From: Anaerolineales bacterium
Lineage (GTDB): Bacteria; Chloroflexota; Anaerolineae; Anaerolineales; DRKV01
DNA length: 58,325 nt
NCBI GenBank assembly: GCA_034435695.1
Contig: DAOTWV010000060.1
Coordinates: forward strand, 1-58,325
Direction: 5' to 3'
The notes under the pieces: generated by a model
Told to the model about the DNA's origin: nothing
What the model saw: only the letters and a program-made list of their open reading frames with translations
Databases searched by the model: none
Position numbers and translations under genes: made by a program
Part shown: in pieces, positions 1-8,969 of the stretch
Layout of the letters: every line of letters begins with the position of its first letter
Position numbering within the stretch: position 1 is the stretch's first letter

Positions 1-2237
1 TTTTCGATGCGCGTCAGGACGCGGCTGAGTTGGGTGATATCCGTGACTTCGATGAGCAGGTCGAAAACCGCGATGTTCTGGCTGTTGACGCGCACATCCA
101 CTTTGGGCATGTTGACGCCCTCTTTTTCCAGGATGGTGGAAATTTCGCGCATCAGACCGAGACGGTCGTAGGCCTGGATGCGTACCGCCACAGGCAATGT
201 GGCATGCCCCGGCTGGGTACGGAAGCCCCAACTGGCCTGTGTGAGGCGGTCACGGTCTTTGACTTTGCGGATGTTGGGGCAATCCTGGCGGTGAATGGTG
301 ACACCGCGCCCGCGGGTAATGTAGCCGATGATGGGTTCTCCGGGCAGGGGATGGCAGCAGCGCGCCATGTTGGTCAGCAAGCCCGTCATGCCCATCACGG
401 TGATGGCCTGTTGCGGGTCTACGCTTTCGCGGCTGGTGCTGGTGTATTCGCTGAGGTCTTCTTCTTCGCTTTCCTGCCGGGCGGCGCGTTCATCCAGTTC
501 CAGGCGGTTGATGACCTTGCCGGTGGTGAAATCGCCGCAGCCGATGGAAAAATACATGGCATCTACGGAGCGGAAGCCCAGTTCCTCGGCCAGATTTTCC
601 AGGTTGATGTCGGTGAACCCCAGACGCTTGAGTTCGTGTTCCAACTGCTCGCGCCCGCGGGTGATGTTGGCCTCTCTGGCCTGCTCTTTGAACCAGCGGC
701 GAATTTTGGATTTGGCGCGCTGGGTTTTGACCATCCCCAGATTGGGGTTGAGCCAGTCCCGGCTGGGGCCGCCTTTTTTGACGGTGATGATTTCCACCCG
801 GTCGCCCGTTTTGAGTTCGTAGTTCAGGGGGACGAGTTTGCCATTGACTTTGGCTCCCCGGCAGCGGTGCCCAATTTCGGTGTGAATCTGGTAGGCGAAA
901 TCGATGGGGGTGGCTCCCGCGGGCAGGTCAATCATGTCGCCGCGCGGCGTAATCACATACACCCGGTCGGCGAACACATCCGTTTTCATGCCATCCAGGA
1001 ATTCGCGGGCGTCCTGTACATCTTGCCGCCATTCCATCAGGGAGCGCAGATACCGAATTTTGCGCTCGAACTGGGCATCGCTGGTACGGCCTTCCTTGTA
1101 CCGCCAGTGCGCTGCGATACCTTCTTCGGCTTCGCGGTGCATTTCTTCGGTACGAATCTGGAATTCCAGGGTCTTGCCGTCGTCGTACACCACGGCAGTG
1201 TGCAGGGAACGGTAGTTGTTGTTCTTTGGGGCGGCGATGTAGTCGTCGAATTCGTGCGGAATAGGCCGCCAGTGACTGTGCACAACCCCCAGGGCGGAGT
1301 AGCAATACGTGGCTTCCAGTTTCTTGTTGACTTCGGGCGGTTCATTCGGGTTGACGAAGGTGGGCACGATGATGCGCACACCGCGAATATCGCTGAGCAT
1401 CTCGAAGGGGATGCCCTTACGCTTCATTTTGCGGTAAATGGAATAGATGTGCTTCGGCCGGCCGGTGACGCGGGCAGGAATTTCTGCCGATTGCATAATT
1501 TTGCGTACGCGGGCGATAATCTCCTGCATCTCGCGCTCGCGTTCATCCCGGCGTTCCTCCAGGGCATTGGCGATTTTGTAAAATTCCTCCGGCTCCAGAT
1601 AGCGGAACGAAAGGTCTTCCAACTCCCACTTCATTTGCCAGATACCCAGGCGGTTTGCCAGTGGTGCGAAGATGTCCAGCGTTTCTCTGGCGATGCGCCG
1701 CTGTTTGCGCTCCGGGACGTGGTGCAGGGTGCGCATGTTGTGCAGGCGGTCGGCCAGTTTTATCATCACCACTTCGGGCTGGTCGGCAACCGCCAGCATG
1801 ACCTTGCGCAAAGTTTCGGATTTGGCGTCATACTCCCGGCTGCGGGTCCACAATTCCGCCTCTTCGCCGTTGTTTTCTTCGTTGGCGCTTCCCAGTACCC
1901 CGACGCGAGAGACGCGCGGCAACCCCGTCAATTTGGTCACCCCATCCACCAGGATGGTAACCTGTTCGCCGAAATCGCGGCGCAGGTCATCCAGGGTGAC
2001 GTCGGTATCCTCTACCGTGTCGTGTAACAGCCCCGCCTGGATGACATAGGGTGCCGGGCGAAATTTTTCCACCAGGATGTGTGCGACCGAGAGGCAATGG
2101 GTGATGTACGGTTCCCCCGACGAGCGCATTTGTCCCTCGTGGGCTTTTTCGGCCACGTGATAGGCGCGCAGAATCAATTCCCGGTCGGCGTGGGTGTACA
2201 CAGAGGGAAGGGCTTGCATCAAGGTATCAATATCCAT
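1..2237 (-). CDS. rel: Bifunctional (p)ppGpp synthetase/hydrolase, RelA/SpoT (Rel) family; C-terminus lies beyond the left window edge (partial)
   Basis: Absent from the ORF track because no stop lies in the window. Hand translation of the minus strand from ATG (cat at 2235-2237) gives MDIDTLMQALPSVYTHADRELILRAYHVAEKAHEGQMRSSGEPYITHCLSVAHIL...AGLLHDTVEDT (HD hydrolase signature); I translated only this N-terminal stretch and take the remainder to the window edge (position 1) from ORF 30..2027, which reads as its antisense shadow. The 665-aa plus-strand ORF 30..2027 is its antisense shadow. Confidence 0.9.
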   Translation of the reverse strand, partial: MDIDTLMQALPSVYTHADRELILRAYHVAEKAHEGQMRSSGEPYITHCLSVAHILVEKFRPAPYVIQAGLLHDTVEDTDVTLDDLRRDFGEQVTILVDGVTKLTGLPRVSRVGVLGSANEENNGEEAELWTRSREYDAKSETLRKVMLAVADQPEVVMIKLADRLHNMRTLHHVPERKQRRIARETLDIFAPLANRLGIWQMKWELEDLSFRYLEPEEFYKIANALEERRDEREREMQEIIARVRKIMQSAEIPARVTGRPKHIYSIYRKMKRKGIPFEMLSDIRGVRIIVPTFVNPNEPPEVNKKLEATYCYSALGVVHSHWRPIPHEFDDYIAAPKNNNYRSLHTAVVYDDGKTLEFQIRTEEMHREAEEGIAAHWRYKEGRTSDAQFERKIRYLRSLMEWRQDVQDAREFLDGMKTDVFADRVYVITPRGDMIDLPAGATPIDFAYQIHTEIGHRCRGAKVNGKLVPLNYELKTGDRVEIITVKKGGPSRDWLNPNLGMVKTQRAKSKIRRWFKEQAREANITRGREQLEHELKRLGFTDINLENLAEELGFRSVDAMYFSIGCGDFTTGKVINRLELDERAARQESEEEDLSEYTSTSRESVDPQQAITVMGMTGLLTNMARCCHPLPGEPIIGYITRGRGVTIHRQDCPNIRKVKDRDRLTQASWGFRTQPGHATLPVAVRIQAYDRLGLMREISTILEKEGVNMPKVDVRVNSQNIAVFDLLIEVTDITQLSRVLTRIE

Positions 2238-2375
2238 AGGCTATCCGGGCAGAACACTCTGGGGCTAATCTGGTTTTACATCCGATTGCCTGATTTTTCC
2301 ATCAGGTGAGAGTAGTATAATCCCAGGCGTATGCGTACGCAATGATGAACAGGCATCATACCACACAAGGAAGCC

Positions 2376-3542
2376 ATGAAGACGATTATCACACCTCAAA
2401 ATTTGCTTGCAATCAGCAGCCGGCTGGCGCAGGAGTGTGCCAGCCGCGCCGCTCAGGCCGATAAAGACGGCAAACTCCCTGAAGAAGACCTGCGCGCCCT
2501 GCGGGAGGCCGGGTACCTTGCCTTGAGCGTGCCCCTGGAATACGGAGGGGCGGGGCTTTCTCTGCGGGAATGTGCCGCAGCACAGGTAGAACTGGCCCGC
2601 GGCAGCGCGGCAACTGCCCTGGTGGCGGCCATGCAGATACAGGTCTTTGGGCATGCCCGCGAAATGCGTACCTGGCCAGAAGATGCCTTTGCCCGCTTTT
2701 GTCAGGCAGCCGTCCGGGAGGGTGCGCTTTTCAACTCCGTTGCCAGCGAACCCGACCTGGGAAGCCCCTCACGCGGCGCCCGCTTTCGCACCACAGCCGT
2801 ACCCGCCCCCGGCGGCGACCATTTCATCGTCAACGGGCACAAGACCTGGGTCACCGGTGGCCATCACCTCACACATTTGCTGGTGCGCGTCTCCATTGCC
2901 TCGCAGCCTGCTGTGCTGTGGATGCCAAACAACCTGCCCGGCATGACCTGGTTGACCACCTGGCGGCATGCCCTCAGTTTGCGCGCCAGCGAAAGCCACG
3001 ATTTGCGACTGGAAAACGTGGTCGTGCCTGCGGAAAACCTGCTGGAGCGCGGTGCACCAAAATCCCAACCGCCCAACCTGTGGTTCCCGGCGATGCTGAC
3101 GGCGGTTTACCTGGGGGCTGCACTGGCGGCGCGGGATGCCGCCATCCGCTACGCCCTGGAGCGCGTCCCTACTGCCCTGGGACGCCCCATTGCCAGTCTG
3201 CCATCCATTCAGCGGCAAATTGGCGAAATAGACCTTGCCTTGCAGGCAGCGCGGGCGCTGTTTTTCGAGGCTGCCTCTGCCTGGGATGGCAACGAAGCCA
3301 ACCGGGCGCACGTGATGACCCGTCTGACGGCCGCCAAGTGCGCCACGCTGGAAGCCGCCGCCCAATCCACCGAAAAAGCCTTGCGGCTGGTCGGCGGCCA
3401 GGGGTTGCTGGATACCCTGCCCGTGGAACGGCACTTCCGGGATGTGCGCGCCGGTTTCATGCAGCCCCCGGCTGGCGATGCCGCGCTGGAGAGCATCGGG
3501 CGTGCCGCGCTGGAAAGCGCAGGCCAGGCCGCCTCGCAGTAG
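2376..3542 (+). CDS. Acyl-CoA dehydrogenase family protein
   Basis: 388 aa. AAGGAAG RBS just upstream of the ATG. Family-typical segments: LRALREAGYLALSVPLEYGG, FIVNGHKTWVTGG, and C-terminal LRLVGGQG...ERHFRDVRAG. Confidence 0.85.
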   Translation: MKTIITPQNLLAISSRLAQECASRAAQADKDGKLPEEDLRALREAGYLALSVPLEYGGAGLSLRECAAAQVELARGSAATALVAAMQIQVFGHAREMRTWPEDAFARFCQAAVREGALFNSVASEPDLGSPSRGARFRTTAVPAPGGDHFIVNGHKTWVTGGHHLTHLLVRVSIASQPAVLWMPNNLPGMTWLTTWRHALSLRASESHDLRLENVVVPAENLLERGAPKSQPPNLWFPAMLTAVYLGAALAARDAAIRYALERVPTALGRPIASLPSIQRQIGEIDLALQAARALFFEAASAWDGNEANRAHVMTRLTAAKCATLEAAAQSTEKALRLVGGQGLLDTLPVERHFRDVRAGFMQPPAGDAALESIGRAALESAGQAASQ

Positions 3543-3582
3543 AAGCACATTTCCGTTGTACCGTAAGCCGGACATTCTTGTC

Positions 3583-3725
3583 CGCCGAAGGGTAGGTAGG
3601 GCGCAGCCTTGTCCTACAGGGCCTGCCAGGGGGGAGCCGCGCTGGAAAGCCCACCCTACCAGCAGGTTCGCCGAAGGGTAGCGAAGCAAAATAGCGTAGG
3701 ACAAGGCTCAGCCTTGTCCTACGCT
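3583..3725. repeat. REP-like extragenic palindrome group (GTAGG...CCTAC family)
   Basis: 13-nt direct repeat CGCCGAAGGGTAG at 3583-3595 and 3669-3681. GTAGGGCGCAGCCTTGTCCTAC at 3596-3617. Perfect 16-bp inverted repeat AGCGTAGGACAAGGCT / AGCCTTGTCCTACGCT at 3693-3725. The hairpin end TGTCCTAC recurs at 28416-28423 and 28486-28493. Confidence 0.6.
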
Positions 3726-3734
3726 ATCGTTTTT
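3693..3734. terminator. Bidirectional intrinsic terminator between convergent genes
   Basis: The perfect 16-bp inverted repeat (3693-3725) is followed by ATCGTTTTT on the plus strand and preceded by an A-rich run (U-rich on the minus strand). It sits between the stop of 2376..3542 (+) and the stop of 3733..4734 (-). Confidence 0.6.
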
Positions 3735-4734
3735 ACGCCTTGTGACGGTTGAGCCACCATATCGCCGCCAGCGCGAGTACACCAATCCCCAGTGCTGCCC
3801 ATTGACGCCAGTCACTCCCCTGGCCGGAAGCCGGGACAGGCAAACGGGTGGGGGTTCGTTGCGGGGGGATAGTGATGACGACGGTAGCCGGCGGCCCCAT
3901 CCACGCGGGCGTGGGGGTTGGTTCACGCGGCCCCGCAGGAGTCGGTGTGGGGGTTGGCGGTGCGGGCGTGGCTGTCGGCTGTGGAGTGATTTCTCCCGCG
4001 CGGTGAATCACCAGCCGGTCGCCGGGATACAGCACGGCATTGGCGGGCAAACCGTTCTGGCTCATCAATTGTGCAATACTGACCTTGTACGCGATAGCAA
4101 TGCTCCACAACGTCTCGCCGGGTTGTACGATGTGCACCACCGAGCCATCCGGACGCGGCGTAGAAGTCTGGATAGGGGTTTGCTCACCGTTTCCGGCAGA
4201 TGCCGTTACGGTGCTTTCTGGGGGTGCGGAGGATTGTTCGCCAGCCACGTACCCTGCCAGAAAGACGTAGTACACGCTATCGCCAGCAGAAGCCACCCCT
4301 GCCCCGGCATCGCGGTAATTCGGCCCCAGCATGGTATTCAGGTGCAGGTCATCTCCCTGCCACAGTGCCATAGCCTCATCCAGGCTCATCTGGTACCCCC
4401 CGGCAATGTTTTCGGAGATGAAAATCGTGCCGCCGTTGCCATACCCGGCCGCGGCTGCCCGTTCTTTGGGGCGCGTCCCGCCTTCGCCGGTATGTGTCAC
4501 CGTGCCGTTTGCGGCCTGCCAGTCGGCCTGTGCCTGTGCGGCCTGCATCAGTGCCTGATTAGCCTGATAGGCCGGTAAGCCGTTGACCTGCCGCAAGTGA
4601 TTCACAGCCGTCAGGATATCCTGGGGAGAAGCAAGGGGAGCAGGACGTCCCCAGGCAGGGGATGCCAGCCCCAACAGGAACAGCACCACCCCCAGGAACG
4701 CGGCGGGGAAACGGACTCGCTTGTGAGGGTTCAT
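3733..4734 (-). CDS. Secreted/membrane-anchored protein with a CAP (SCP/PR-1-like) domain, a LysM domain, a Pro/Thr-rich linker and a C-terminal TM anchor
   Basis: 333 aa. N-terminal signal peptide FPAAFLGVVLFLLGLASPAWG. CAP-like region (ILTAVNHLRQVNGLPAY...HTGEGG...NIAGGY). LysM-like HIVQPGETLWSIAIAYKVSIAQLMSQNGL...LYPGDRLVI. PTPTPTP linker. C-terminal WAALGIGVLALAAIWWL. The start overlaps the upstream stop (ATGA at 4731-4734). Confidence 0.75.
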   Translation of the reverse strand: MNPHKRVRFPAAFLGVVLFLLGLASPAWGRPAPLASPQDILTAVNHLRQVNGLPAYQANQALMQAAQAQADWQAANGTVTHTGEGGTRPKERAAAAGYGNGGTIFISENIAGGYQMSLDEAMALWQGDDLHLNTMLGPNYRDAGAGVASAGDSVYYVFLAGYVAGEQSSAPPESTVTASAGNGEQTPIQTSTPRPDGSVVHIVQPGETLWSIAIAYKVSIAQLMSQNGLPANAVLYPGDRLVIHRAGEITPQPTATPAPPTPTPTPAGPREPTPTPAWMGPPATVVITIPPQRTPTRLPVPASGQGSDWRQWAALGIGVLALAAIWWLNRHKA

Positions 4735-5291
4735 GCTTCCAGGGGGGCCTCATCCCCGATGGGGGAGTCTGTTTCCCCCTCCTGCTGGTAGGGCAGCCTG
4801 CCGCCCAGCCAGACGGTCATCAAACTGATGTCGTCATCACTGGCTTCGCTTTGGGGGTAAGCCTCGCGAAAAGCAGCCACAATCACATCGAAGTGCTCAC
4901 CCGCCGGCCACACAGTCAGGAAACCGGGCAGGGCGGTACGGTCGGCTTCGGGAGGCAGCAATTCCCAGCCGCGACTGGTCAACAAATCATGCACCTGCTG
5001 GCGCAGTTCGGGCAGGCTGTTCGCCCAGGCGGCCAGCAGAAGGGCGGTGAATTCCGGGTGCTTTTCGAATGCCTTGATGGTGGGTTGCACCCGCACGGCT
5101 ACAGGCGCCTTGCGCGCATCCCGAAAACCAGGCACTTTTACCAGTTTCTTCGTCAGGTTGCCAAACTTGCGCGCCAGGTCTGGCGGCAGGGAGCGGGTAT
5201 GCTGCAACGCGCGCCGCACCACCTGGGTGCGGTACTCGTTGAGCATGAACTCGTTGATGGCATGAAAGGGGAGAAAAGCGGTTTTTTTCAT
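4731..5291 (-). CDS. Hypothetical protein (186 aa), no domain recognised
   Basis: The track ORF 4731..5441 has an Arg/Pro-rich, implausible N-terminus. The internal ATG at 5291 gives MKKTAFLPFHAINEFMLNEYRTQVV.... It is co-directional with and 20 nt downstream of the patatin gene, and ATGA-coupled to the CAP/LysM gene. Confidence 0.55.
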   Translation of the reverse strand: MKKTAFLPFHAINEFMLNEYRTQVVRRALQHTRSLPPDLARKFGNLTKKLVKVPGFRDARKAPVAVRVQPTIKAFEKHPEFTALLLAAWANSLPELRQQVHDLLTSRGWELLPPEADRTALPGFLTVWPAGEHFDVIVAAFREAYPQSEASDDDISLMTVWLGGRLPYQQEGETDSPIGDEAPLEA

Positions 5292-5311
5292 GCGGGCGAT
5301 TATACCGCATC

Positions 5312-6076
5312 TTACAGCCCCAGGTCGGCGCGCAGTTGTGGAAGGGCAGCGCGCGCCGCCTGAACGCCGCGCTGGTAGAGCGCATCTGCCTGCGTAAAAC
5401 GCAGGTACGTCCGGCCTTCCAGGTCGGGGCGGATAAGACAATTGGCGTGTTGGTGTCCCAGGCCGGCATTTTGCACCATGCGCTCAATCGCGCTGAACAG
5501 GTATCCCCACGGCCCCCAACGGGTGCGCAATGCCGGGATGAAGATGTCCACGCCAATCACGTACTCCGCGCCGAGTTGGCGCGCCACATCCACGGGGACG
5601 CTATCCACGAAAGAACCGTCCACCAGTTCCCGCCCCTGCCAGTCCATGGGTTCGACGAAACCAGCCACCGAGCCGCTGGCGCGCACGGCGGGCAGGACGC
5701 GCCCACTGGTGAAGACCACCCGCTCTCCGCTCTTGATATCCATGGCAACGGTAGCGAAGGGTTTGGGTAAGTCTTCGAAGAGAGGGTCGCCAATGAGGTT
5801 TCCCATCCAGGTTTCCATTTTGCGGAAGGAAACCAGCCCGCGGCGCGGCCACACTGGAGAGACGAGGTGCCACCAGCGTGTGCTGCGTGCCAGGGAAAGC
5901 CCTCTCTCCAGGGGGACGCCACCCAGGTACAGTGCGCCCATGATGGCTCCCGCACTGGTGCCGGCCACCACGTCGATGGGAATGCCGGCCTCCTCAAGGA
6001 CGGAGAGCACCCCCAGGTGGGCGATACCGCGCACGACACCGCCTCCCAGCGCCAGACCAACTACCGGACGTGTCAT
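5312..6076 (-). CDS. Patatin-like phospholipase (RssA-like)
   Basis: This is the C-terminal 254 aa of track ORF 5312..6631, starting MTRPVVGLALGGGVVRGIAHLGVL. It has the oxyanion GGGxxRG motif, the GTSAG nucleophile elbow, and the DGS/DGG catalytic Asp (LVDGSFVD). The ATG at 6076 overlaps the Fe-ADH stop (ATGA). Confidence 0.88.
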   Translation of the reverse strand: MTRPVVGLALGGGVVRGIAHLGVLSVLEEAGIPIDVVAGTSAGAIMGALYLGGVPLERGLSLARSTRWWHLVSPVWPRRGLVSFRKMETWMGNLIGDPLFEDLPKPFATVAMDIKSGERVVFTSGRVLPAVRASGSVAGFVEPMDWQGRELVDGSFVDSVPVDVARQLGAEYVIGVDIFIPALRTRWGPWGYLFSAIERMVQNAGLGHQHANCLIRPDLEGRTYLRFTQADALYQRGVQAARAALPQLRADLGL

Positions 6077-7233
6077 GCGGGCTGCCCGTCGAATGCCGTG
6101 CGATACAGGGCTTCCAGTTCTTCTCGCACGGGGATGCGGCGTGAGGTGACCAGGGAGGGGTCCATCTCGGCGCGGTCGCACAAATCGGCGAGCCGTTCTT
6201 CCAGCATGGCCTGGGAAACGCCGGCTTGCTGCAGGGTAAGCGGCTGTCCCAGCGATTCGAGCAGGGTGCGGATGGCCGCCGCCAGCGCCATGCCGGCGCT
6301 CTCTTCGTTTTCGTGGGGCAGGCCCAGGAGGCGCGCCAGGCCGATGTAACGCCCCGCACCGCCGCGTGCAGTGTATTCGATGGTGTAGGGCAGCAGCAAG
6401 CCAGTGACGCGGCCATGCGGGATGCCAAAGAGTGCTCCGGCGCTGTGCCCCAGGGCATGCGCCAGGGCAATGTGGCTGTTGTTGATAGCCAGCCCGCCGA
6501 GGGTAGCCGCGTTGGCCATGTGGGTGCGGGCTTCCATGTCGTCGGCGCCATTGCGGTAGGCCCGCGGCAGGTAGGTGAAGACCAGTTGGGCGGATTGCAA
6601 TGCCAGGCCATCGCTGAAATCGTTGTTCCACGTGCTGGAGAAGGCCTCCACGGCGTGGGTGAGCACGTCTATGCCGGTATCTGCGGTGACCTGGGCTGGC
6701 AGATTGGCCGTGAAGGACGGGTCAATGAGTGCCAGTGCGGGCAGCAATTCGTAGGAGGCGACTTCCAGTTTGCGCACCTCGTCCGGGTCTTTGATGACTG
6801 CGGCGGTGGTCACTTCTGCGCCGGAACCAGCGGTGGTTGGAATGGTAATCAGGCGGGCTTTGGTGCCCAGTCCAAAGTGCTCGAATGGGTTTACGGCCTC
6901 CAGGGGCACATCCGGGCGCTCATAGCGGAACCAGGCGGCTTTGGCTGCATCCAGGCTGGAACCGCCGCCCAGTCCGATAACCCAATCCGGGGAGGAATCG
7001 GCCATTTGGAGGGCGCAGCGTTCCACGGTGGGGATGGATGGGTCAGGTTCCACATCGGCAAACAGGGACACCTGTAAGCCGGCTTGTTCCAGCAGGGTGC
7101 GGACGCGCTCTGCGAAACCGAGGTGTACCATGTTTTGGTCGGTGACAATCAGGGCACGGTGTCCCTGGATTTGTGTCAATTCATCCAGGGCTTCTTCACC
7201 GAAGACGATGCGAGGGCTACGGAAAAACCACAT
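6073..7233 (-). CDS. Iron-containing (group III) alcohol dehydrogenase
   Basis: Start moved to the internal ATG at 7233 (MWFFRSPRIVFGEEALDEL), which has an AAGGAG RBS 8 nt upstream. Fe-ADH signatures present: GLGGGSSLDAAKA, DTGIDVLTHAVEA, HALGHSAGALFGIPHG. Confidence 0.88.
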   Translation of the reverse strand: MWFFRSPRIVFGEEALDELTQIQGHRALIVTDQNMVHLGFAERVRTLLEQAGLQVSLFADVEPDPSIPTVERCALQMADSSPDWVIGLGGGSSLDAAKAAWFRYERPDVPLEAVNPFEHFGLGTKARLITIPTTAGSGAEVTTAAVIKDPDEVRKLEVASYELLPALALIDPSFTANLPAQVTADTGIDVLTHAVEAFSSTWNNDFSDGLALQSAQLVFTYLPRAYRNGADDMEARTHMANAATLGGLAINNSHIALAHALGHSAGALFGIPHGRVTGLLLPYTIEYTARGGAGRYIGLARLLGLPHENEESAGMALAAAIRTLLESLGQPLTLQQAGVSQAMLEERLADLCDRAEMDPSLVTSRRIPVREELEALYRTAFDGQPA

Positions 7234-7301
7234 GAGGGCACTCCTTTTGTCTCGTGGTAGAATGGTGGGGCGAGGAAAGACATATAGCAAAAGAAAACAG
7301 C

Positions 7302-8573
7302 ATGGACGAACTCAAAAAAACAGCCCTGGTGCTGGCGGGCGGCGGCCTGACCGGCGCGGTGTATGAAATTGGTGCGCTACGCGCCATCAATGACCTGTTG
7401 ATTGACCGCACGGTCAATGATTTCGATATTTTCGTGGGCACCAGCGCCGGTGCGCTGGTGGGGGCAATGCTGGCCAACGGGATAACGCCTGAAGACATGA
7501 TGCAGGCTGTAGCCGGTTCGCACCCGGAATTGCTGCCCATTGAACGCAAGCATATTTTCAACATCAAACGCAGTGAATTGTTGCAACGCGGCCTGGCGCT
7601 GCCGAAAAAGGTGACGCGTTCCTGGTGGCGGTTTTTACGCAGCAGCGACATGACTTTTTTCGACCTGGCATGGTCTCTGCTGGATGTGCTGCCTGCCGGG
7701 TTCTATGATGGCATGGCGCTTGACCGGTACGTGCGCGAGACGCTACGGCAGCGCGGAAAATGCAATTGTTTCACGGAACTGGAAAAAGACCTCTTCATCG
7801 TGGCAACAGACCTGGATTCAGGAGACCGTGCGGTTTTCAGTCGCGAGACGCCGGATGTGCCTGTTTCTCTGGCGGTGGCGGCTTCCTCGGCTATCCCGTT
7901 GGTGTACCGCCCGGTGCGCATTGGGGAATGTGAGTACGTGGATGGCGGTTTGCGCGGGAACGCCAGTCTGGATATCGCTATCGAGGCGGGAGCCACGCTG
8001 ATTGTGTGTATCAACCCGATGGTGCCCTTCGATAATCGGGACCACCACTCCATTCCAGAAAGGATACTGATGGGGAGCCGGGGAGCGCGATACCTGAGCG
8101 AGAGCGGGATGAACTTCATTGCCAATCAGGTGACGCGCATCCTGACTCATGCCAGCATCCGATATCACGTCAAGCAATTGCGCCGCACCCACCCGGAGGT
8201 AGACATCATCCTGATTGAGCCGCGTCCGGATGACTATGAAATGTTTTTCTACAACCCGATGCGGTATTCTGCCCGACTGGAGATTGCGCGTTACGGCTTT
8301 GAATCGGCGACGGTGGGGCTGGCGGAGGAATACGCGTTGTACAAGGCTACGCTGGCACGCCACGGCATTCCCATTACGCGCCGGCTGGTCATCCAGGAAC
8401 TGGCAGCCCTGGAAGAGGTAGAGGACGGAGAGGCACGCCGCGAGGTGTTACGGCGTATTCTCGAAGCCCGCAAGGTAACCTACCAGCACCGGGAGGGCAA
8501 CCCGCTGTGGCAGTTGCAGCGCACCCTGACGGAGTTGGAATACCTGCTGGCCGATTCCAGCGGGTCAGAGTAA
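7302..8573 (+). CDS. Patatin-like phospholipase with a long C-terminal extension
   Basis: Start at the internal ATG 7302 (MDELKKTALVLAGGGLTGAVYEIGAL). It has GGGxxG, GTSAG and VDGGLRGN motifs. An extended -10 TGGTAGAAT lies at about 7254-7262. The 3' end overlaps the convergent SCP2 gene by 9 nt. Confidence 0.85.
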   Translation: MDELKKTALVLAGGGLTGAVYEIGALRAINDLLIDRTVNDFDIFVGTSAGALVGAMLANGITPEDMMQAVAGSHPELLPIERKHIFNIKRSELLQRGLALPKKVTRSWWRFLRSSDMTFFDLAWSLLDVLPAGFYDGMALDRYVRETLRQRGKCNCFTELEKDLFIVATDLDSGDRAVFSRETPDVPVSLAVAASSAIPLVYRPVRIGECEYVDGGLRGNASLDIAIEAGATLIVCINPMVPFDNRDHHSIPERILMGSRGARYLSESGMNFIANQVTRILTHASIRYHVKQLRRTHPEVDIILIEPRPDDYEMFFYNPMRYSARLEIARYGFESATVGLAEEYALYKATLARHGIPITRRLVIQELAALEEVEDGEARREVLRRILEARKVTYQHREGNPLWQLQRTLTELEYLLADSSGSE

Positions 8574-8966
8574 TTTTGCGCTTATCTCAGGGTAGAGTTT
8601 GCGTCCCTGGGTGAAGATATCCCCCAGGGCGGTAGCCTTCCAGATGGGGCCGCGCACGTGCACCTGACGGCGTGCCAGGGCCTCCTTGAGGGAAAGTTCG
8701 TCCAGCAGGATGCGATGCAGGGTTTCGGCTTGCAGGCGCACATCCAGGTCGGGACGCAGTTTTTTCTGGTTGCCGTAGTGCACCTGTACAGGGGGCATGC
8801 GGCCGTCAATCAGAACGGTGGCTTGCGGGGCAGTGGTTTCCAGGCGGATGACCAGACGGGAGCGCGTCAGGGCATCCAACGCGTTGCCGTTCTGGTGTTG
8901 CAGGGTCTCGAAGAGGTGCTGCAGCACGGTGTACAGGTGGGTATCATCGCGGTAGGGGGAGGACAT
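8565..8966 (-). CDS. SCP2 sterol/lipid-carrier domain protein
   Basis: 133 aa, last gene of the minus-strand operon, 3 nt after the acyltransferase stop. SCP2-like layout: VIRLETT...VLIDG...V....D..L.A.TLHRILLDELSLKEALARRQVHVRGP. Confidence 0.7.
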   Translation of the reverse strand: MSSPYRDDTHLYTVLQHLFETLQHQNGNALDALTRSRLVIRLETTAPQATVLIDGRMPPVQVHYGNQKKLRPDLDVRLQAETLHRILLDELSLKEALARRQVHVRGPIWKATALGDIFTQGRKLYPEISAKLL

Positions 8967-8969
8967 GGC

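Noticed and set aside
30-2027. 665-aa plus-strand ORF, the longest ORF at the left edge
   Set aside because: It is the antisense shadow of rel. The minus strand encodes a textbook RelA/SpoT N-terminus (HD domain) from the ATG at 2237. The plus-strand product is low-complexity (Gly/Ala/Val/Phe-rich) with no RBS or recognisable motif.
5312-6631. N-terminal extensions of track ORFs (also 13030..14850, 26498..28144, 28459..29370, 30775..32784, 55068..56282, 16407..18089)
   Set aside because: The upstream portions overlap neighbouring genes, repeats or the tRNA and have Arg/Pro/Gly-rich junk composition. Internal starts with RBS or -10 support give proteins with canonical N-termini, so the starts were moved.
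5312-8573. Patatin lipases (and the HerA-like ATPase at 31024..32784) as effectors of an anti-phage defence island (CBASS, SIR2-HerA type)
   Set aside because: There is no cyclase, SIR2, nuclease or other defence partner, and no mobile-element hallmarks or compositional break. The neighbours are lipid-metabolism or housekeeping genes.
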